From: Octopus vulgaris
Taxonomy: Eukaryota
Length of the DNA: 64,000 bases
Direction of reading: 5' to 3'
Assembly: GCA_951406725.2 (NCBI GenBank)
Contig: OX597831.1
Span: forward strand, 29,450,001-29,514,000
Part shown: positions 58,233-64,000 of the stretch, piece by piece
Position numbering within the stretch: position 1 is the stretch's first letter
Layout: each line of letters starts with the position of its first letter
Translations under genes and position numbers: made by a program
Notes under the pieces: generated by a model
Told to the model about the DNA's origin: nothing
What the model saw: only the letters and a program-made list of their open reading frames with translations
The model's database searches: none

Positions 58233-59196
58233 TGCATACCTATATATATATACACGCTCGTGTGTGCGTGTGTGTTTTTATAGAAACAAATATAAAAATT
58301 TATGATTACATGTTTAAATTTACGGTCGTCTTAGAATACTTGCCTGGAATCACACAAACACACACACATACATACATAAATGTCTCAACAAACATACATG
58401 CATGCATGCATACATACATACGTACATAATACATAATACATACATACACACGTAATACATACATACATACATACATACATACATACATACATACATACAT
58501 ACATACATCATGCTGGACCGTTAATCCCCTACACTTTGTTTCTCTCTCTGTCTTTTTTTCCTCTCAATCCTTTCTGATGGCTTCTTTCAGTTTCCCCCTA
58601 CCACATCCGACAAAAGGGTTTTGATCGGCCGGGGATTATAAGTAGAAAACATTTGCTTTAGGTGCCACATAAAGGGACTGAACCTGAGCTCACGTGGTCG
58701 GTAAGCGATTTTTTTTAACCACACTGCTACGCCTGGATTTTGATTTCGAAAAGCACAAGTAAAACACACACACACACACACATACACAACGAAAATATTT
58801 TTTTAATGAAAGGGAGAAAAACCAGACCAAAGAATTTCATTAAAAAAAAAGCTAAATCAAATATATTTGAAGGCAAAAAGAAAATATTGAGTACAAGAAA
58901 CAGAAAAAAAAGTATAACACCCTGGAGAAAAAGGGAAGAGGTAGAAATTGAGGAATTCACCATTTTTATTACATCTGTTTTCGTCTTTGATATAATTTGA
59001 GTAGTTTTTAGTAGCCGTACTTTAATGGTACTTTAAAGACATCCTTCAAATCACCGTTTCTTTGTCTTCCTGTCCTCATATGTGTGTGCGTGTGTGTGTT
59101 TGTGCATATATGTATGTATATATGTGTGTGTATATATATATATATATGTGTATATATATGTGTGTGTGTGTGTGTATGTGCATGTCTCTCTCTCTT

Positions 59197-59246
<50 letters not shown>

Positions 59247-59338
59247 TAGATATACACACGGTTGCATATGTATATACATGTTTTCATACATGCATACATA
59301 TATACATATACATGCAAAATCACACACACTCATATATT

Positions 59339-59379
<41 letters not shown>

Positions 59380-59744
59380 TATATACATATATACATACAT
59401 ATGTGTGTGTGGGGGGGTGTATGTATGTATGTATGCATGTACGGATGTATGTATGTATGTATGTATGCATGTACGGATGTATGTATGTATGTATGTATGT
59501 GTGTATGTGTGTATGTCTAAGGTAAGCGGGTGAAATTAGTAAAATTGATGTAATGTGAAGGTAATGTTTTGGCGGGTTCGTTCCTTGCAATGTTCTAATT
59601 GCCCTGTGGTACTTTCATTAGAATTTGGTAAACCATGAAATCACAGAGAAATTATGACAGATGCCGCTCTTCAAAGAAAACTCTTTTGAAAATCTAAGAG
59701 GAATGGTACTTTTCTTTTACTAGTTTATCGACGTTAGTTATTTA

Positions 59745-60115
59745 GTTGGCTTTTGTTGTTGTTATTATTGCTGTTGTTGTTGTTGTTGAAGTGGTGGCGG
59801 TAATGGTGGTGGTGGTGGTGGTGGAATTATATGGTTTTGTTTGTTGTTCTATATGCATAAATTTTAACTTTCTTCTTCTTCTTCTTCTTCTTCTTCTTCT
59901 TCTTCTTCTTCTTCTTCTTCTTCTTCTTCTTCTTCTTCTTCGTCTTCTTCGTCTTTCTCTTTCTCTTCTTAATCGGCTGTTTCTCCTCCTCTCTCATCTC
60001 CTTCTTCATCGTCATCTCGATCATCATCACCATCATCATCGACGTCATCATCGACGTCATCATCACCACTACTACCACTATCATCCTCATCACCTGCAGA
60101 AGCGTTCATCATCAA

Positions 60116-60155
<40 letters not shown>

Positions 60156-60500
60156 TTCGTTGCACCATCACAACCGTTAAAATCATCAACTCCTCTACCA
60201 TCTTCAACATCACCAATATCATCATCCTCATCAGCAGCAGCAGCAGCATCTGTCATATTCCTGGTTATCTTCAAAACACCATCACAACCGTTAAAAACCA
60301 TCAACACCATTGGCGTTTTCAACATTACCAATTCGATCACCACCATCGTCGTCATCGTCGTCGTCGTTAAAGTCCCCCCCCCCTGCTTCCTCTTCATCAT
60401 CGTTAAAGTCCTCACCTGCTTCCTCTTCATCATCGTTATTGTCATCCTTCTCCTCATCATCACGATCAGCAGCAGCAGCACCACCACCACCATCATCATG
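59745..60500. repeat. Trinucleotide low-complexity cluster (GTT, CTT, CAT, CAG)
   Basis: Direct observation. Confidence 0.85.
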
Positions 60501-60556
60501 TGTTGCATCATGTATATATATGTTACAACGTGCTTTACTTTATGTCAGCTCTGGTA

Positions 60557-61271
60557 TTGGGTTGTCCGGAAAGTTCGTGCCGATTTTTAAAGGAAAGAAA
60601 AAGATCAATAGATACTTGCCATTACATCTTTTATCAACCAAGTATGAACCATTTTGTTGCACAATGTGTCTCCATCTTTCCTTTAACTTGAAAATACCCA
60701 CTTCCCAGATTTGAGGTGGTTTGGTGGCAAAGAATTCATCAAGGTATCTTTTTACGTCATCCAAAGAATTGAAATTTTTACCATTAAGACTATTCTGCAG
60801 AGACCTGAATAAGTGGAAATCTGAAAGAGCAATATCTGGTGAATATGGAGGGTCGGGTAACGGATTTGAGGCTCACGCGGTCGTTAGCCTCAAATCGCCA
60901 GGCCTGGTCGGCGTTTGTGAGAGATGCAGCATTGAGGATGAATGAAGCCAGCTCAACCTACCCCAGGTGAATACTAGAAGAAGAAGAAGAAGAAGAAGAA
61001 GTCGGGTAACACAACCCAGCTGAGCTGCAGCAATTTTTCTCTGGTTCCCAAAGCATCAAGTGCCGAAAATGAACTTTTTTATCTTCCATTTTCAAAGGTT
61101 ACAGAATTAACACAGGTTATAGGAGCAAAAACCTTCTTCCAGGAAAAGACATCTTAAACTGTGCTCTAAATGGAGGTGTAGTCAAATCCTATTTCATGGA
61201 TTCAACCATGTTCTAAAATAAGTCGAATGGTAAGCTGCTATAAATCGGCATGAACTTTCCAGACAACCCAA
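60557..61271 (-). mobile_element. Internally deleted mariner element
   Basis: TIRs ttgggttgtccggaaagttcgtgccgattt / aaatcggcatgaactttccagacaacccaa, with TA on both flanks. Transposase C-terminus PYSPDIALSDFHLFRSLQN...LKERWRHIVQQNGSY. Confidence 0.9.
60862..61000 (+). mobile_element. 5'-truncated LINE (RTE-like) 3' end with (AAG)n tail and a 10-bp TSD
   Basis: TSD gtcgggtaac at 60852-60861 and 61001-61010. Confidence 0.8.
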
Positions 61272-61380
61272 TAGTTTATAAACTAGACTAACCTGAGCAA
61301 AGGTTTTGGTCACCTGCTAATGATGTGAATACACGAGAATCTTTATTTTTTTACCGATTTCTCACACACAAGCAAACATC

Positions 61381-61445
<65 letters not shown>

Positions 61446-61446
61446 C

Positions 61447-61852
61447 TACTCTTCTACTCTTTTACTTGTTTCAGTCATTTGACTGCGGCCATGCTGGAGT
61501 ACCGCCTTTAATCGAGCAAATCCACCCCAGGTCTTATTCTTTGTAAGCCTAGTACTTATTTTATCGGTCTCTTTTGCCGAACCGCTAAGTTACGGGGGAC
61601 GTAAACACACCAGCATCAGTTGTCAAGCGATGTTGGGGGAACAAACATAGACGCACAAACATATACACACAACATATATATATATACATATATACGACGG
61701 GCTTCTTTCAGTTTCCCTCTACCAAATCCCCTCACAAGGTTTTGGTCAAACTGAAGCTATAGTAGAAGACACTTGCCCAAGGTGCCACGCAGTGGGAGTG
61801 AACCCAGAACCATGTGGCTGGTAAGCAAGCTACTTACCACACAGCCACTCCT
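61447..61852 (-). mobile_element. SINE family A, full length
   Basis: Full match. Confidence 0.9.
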
Positions 61853-62111
61853 AAGCATTTTATTTTGATATACGTTTTTATTTTCAGTTAATTTCGTTTA
61901 CATTCTATATGCGCATGTGTATGTATGCACGTATATATATTTATGTATGCATGCTTGCATGTATATGTATTTATGTATGTATGTATGTATTCATGTATGT
62001 AAGTATGTATGTATGTATGTATGTATGTATATATATGTATGTATGTATATATGTATGCATGTATGTATGTATGCATGCATGTATATATATGCATATATGT
62101 ATGTGTGTGTA

Positions 62112-62146
<35 letters not shown>

Positions 62147-62279
62147 ATGTATGTATGTATGTATGTATGTATGTATGTGCCTGTGCCTGTATGTATGAAT
62201 ATATGGCTGGCTGGCCGGCTGGATGGATGGATGTCAGTGTGGGTCATTCTTAGTGCTGTTAATAACATGTGACCAAGTA

Positions 62280-62530
62280 CTCCGTGTTGAATAGTCGGCG
62301 ACTAAACTGGCAACTTTACCGTGCATGTTTGGTAAGGAGGGTGGTTGTTCGTTGGACACCCTGTTGGATGAAAACCAAAAACCTGTCAAAGGACGGGTGA
62401 TTTCAATAGAATCAACGGCCATCCAACAGCTGGGACTGAGAGACCTATCATATTTGAAAAGACATCTCTCTAGGAGACGGAAAATCTAAAATCACACCTG
62501 CCTCATTGTGAAGCCAGAGATCTTGCCCCT
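62280..62530 (+). mobile_element. Possible RTE-type LINE 5' region remnant
   Basis: ctaggagacggaaaatctaaaatcacacc resembles a motif recalled from RTE 5' UTRs. Confidence 0.35.
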
Positions 62531-62684
62531 GCTCTTTTTTTTTTTTTTTTTTTGTCTGAACGACTTAGCAGTGTTGTGAAAGGTGAAAGTTGACTTTAAA
62601 TATCAGCAGGCGCATTGTTGACAGCCATTGTCTTTGACACCTAGGATAATTTGTCAGCAAGTTGACAGCCACCATATATGGCCG

Positions 62685-63300
62685 TGGAGGTGCTGAAAAG
62701 TTCCTGGCTTTGGATAAAAGAAAACACAAGGGGGATCAGTTATGATTTTATTCAACATAGGCGCAGAAGTGGGTGTGTGGTAAGTAGCTTGCTAACCAAC
62801 CACATGGTTCCGGGTTCAGTCCCACTGCGTGGCATCTTGGGCAAGTGTCTTCTGCTATAGCCCCGGGCCGACCAATGCCTTGTGAATAGATTTGGTAGAC
62901 GGAAACTGAAAGAAGCCCGTCGTATATATGTGTTTATATATATATGTGTGTGTGTATGTGTTTGTGTGTATGTGATTGTGTGTCTGTGTTTGTCCCCCTA
63001 GCATTGCTTGACAACCGATGCTGGTGTGTTTACGTCCCCGTCACTTAGCGGTTCGGCAAAAGAACCGATAGAATAAGTACTAGGCTTACAAAGAATAAGT
63101 CCCGGGGTCGATTTGCTCGACTAAAGGCGGTGCTCCAGCATGGCCGCAGTCAAATGACTGAAACAAGTAAAAGAGTAAAAAAAGAGTAACATATTATCCT
63201 CTCAGATTCACTCACTTTTTGCAGCGGTCTTTTAGTTTTTCTGAGACATGTAAAAGAATTCGGAAGGTCGGGCCTCCAACCACGACTTTCACGATATCCT
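62685..63300 (-). mobile_element. Non-autonomous mariner-type element interrupted by SINE A and a TTAA insertion
   Basis: Reverse complement of 55073-55697. The SINE is flanked by an aacata duplication. Confidence 0.7.
62760..63188 (+). mobile_element. SINE family A, full length
   Basis: Full match. Confidence 0.9.
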
Positions 63301-63532
63301 TAACCCCTTGACAACGATTGACGCAAATATGCGATCACACTTTTGCTTCCCTACCCGCGGTTGACGTAAATATACGATGTAGAGCTGCCCTACATCTATC
63401 ACGAACTTTTTAGCGGCTGACGTATGTTTACTTTCGCTATTGTGTACTTTATCTCTTGAAGTGCGCACGCTCGCCGTCCCGTGCATTATCTTAGCTATTT
63501 TAGGTTACGTTCAAGTCATGGGACTAGCAGTA

Positions 63533-63590
63533 GGCCAATGAAACGCGGATACTTTACATGCATATGCATTGGTACAGGAGGTATAAAAGT
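63533..63590 (+). promoter_or_regulatory. CCAAT box and TATA box upstream of ORF 63625
   Basis: ggccaatga at about 63533 and tataaaag at about 63583. Confidence 0.45.
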
Positions 63591-63624
63591 AAGGGTCTCC
63601 AGCGAAAACGCATCATAATTCAAA

Positions 63625-63936
63625 ATGTCTTCAAATCAATTACAAGTTCTGCGTTCATTCTTCGGTCCTCCATCAGCGAATTTACGCTCGTCATCGCGCC
63701 CGACAACAACTGTGGCAACCAACTCGTTGTCGTGTCAAACGTCGGCACGACCGACACTTAAGTCAACTCGCTCGACGTCAACTCGCACGTCGCCAACTTG
63801 CTCGTCGTCAATTCGCTCGTCGTCAACTTGCTCGTCGTCAATTCGCTCGTCGTCAATTCGCTCGTCGTCAACTCGCACGTCGTCGCGTCAAACATCCGCT
63901 CGACCGACACCTACACGTGAAACTGAGAATAGTTAG
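63625..63936 (+). CDS. Putative small Ser/Thr/Arg-rich basic protein with a 15-bp (5-aa) repeat
   Basis: aaaATG start, an in-frame 8x15-bp minisatellite (63763-63882) and AATAAA about 20 nt after the stop. No homology recognised. Confidence 0.35.
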   Translation: MSSNQLQVLRSFFGPPSANLRSSSRPTTTVATNSLSCQTSARPTLKSTRSTSTRTSPTCSSSIRSSSTCSSSIRSSSIRSSSTRTSSRQTSARPTPTRETENS

Positions 63937-64000
63937 TGGACCGTTAGGTAGATAAATAAATGTATGTAAGTGTGTGTATGCCCCATCCTTTTTTGTTTTT

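Larger units (their letters stand above)
63304..64000 (+). mobile_element. piggyBac-like element left end (other end not seen in the window)
   Basis: TTAA at 63300-63303, then CCCC and repeated ttgacgYaaatatRcgat subterminal motifs. Interrupts the mariner-type element. Confidence 0.55.

Noticed and set aside
59746-60714. Acidic, poly-Met, poly-Leu and poly-Ser ORFs
   Set aside because: Trinucleotide tracts open in several frames and both strands; no recognisable protein.
63763-63882. CRISPR-like array
   Set aside because: Contiguous 15-bp minisatellite without spacers, in a eukaryotic context with no cas genes.

Overview
AT-rich eukaryotic DNA saturated with microsatellites ((TA)n, (TG)n, (TATG)n, (GATA)n, (CT)n, trinucleotides) and transposon relics. 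The repeat complement looks like an octopus (coleoid cephalopod) intergenic or intronic region; this is inferred, not searched. No host protein-coding exon can be supported, and nearly all listed ORFs are translations of simple repeats. Recognisable content: about 20 copies of one tRNA-headed SINE with an internal microsatellite and several other SINE families. There are R4/Dong-type LINE fragments sitting in (TAA)n and (CATA)n, RTE LINE ends, DD41D (rosa-type) and mariner elements, a Tigger/pogo relic, a Helitron, and MITEs. The most interesting signals are: (i) several minimal type I hammerhead-ribozyme motifs in TA-embedded, Penelope-like repeats, three sharing a non-canonical core; (ii) a set of long foldback hairpins; (iii) an R4/Dong lineage apparently targeting (CATA)n; (iv) a SINE-mediated tandem duplication; and (v) a piggyBac-like end followed by a compact promoter-ORF-polyA unit for a small Ser/Arg/Thr-rich protein. 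Coordinates were read by eye and are approximate.
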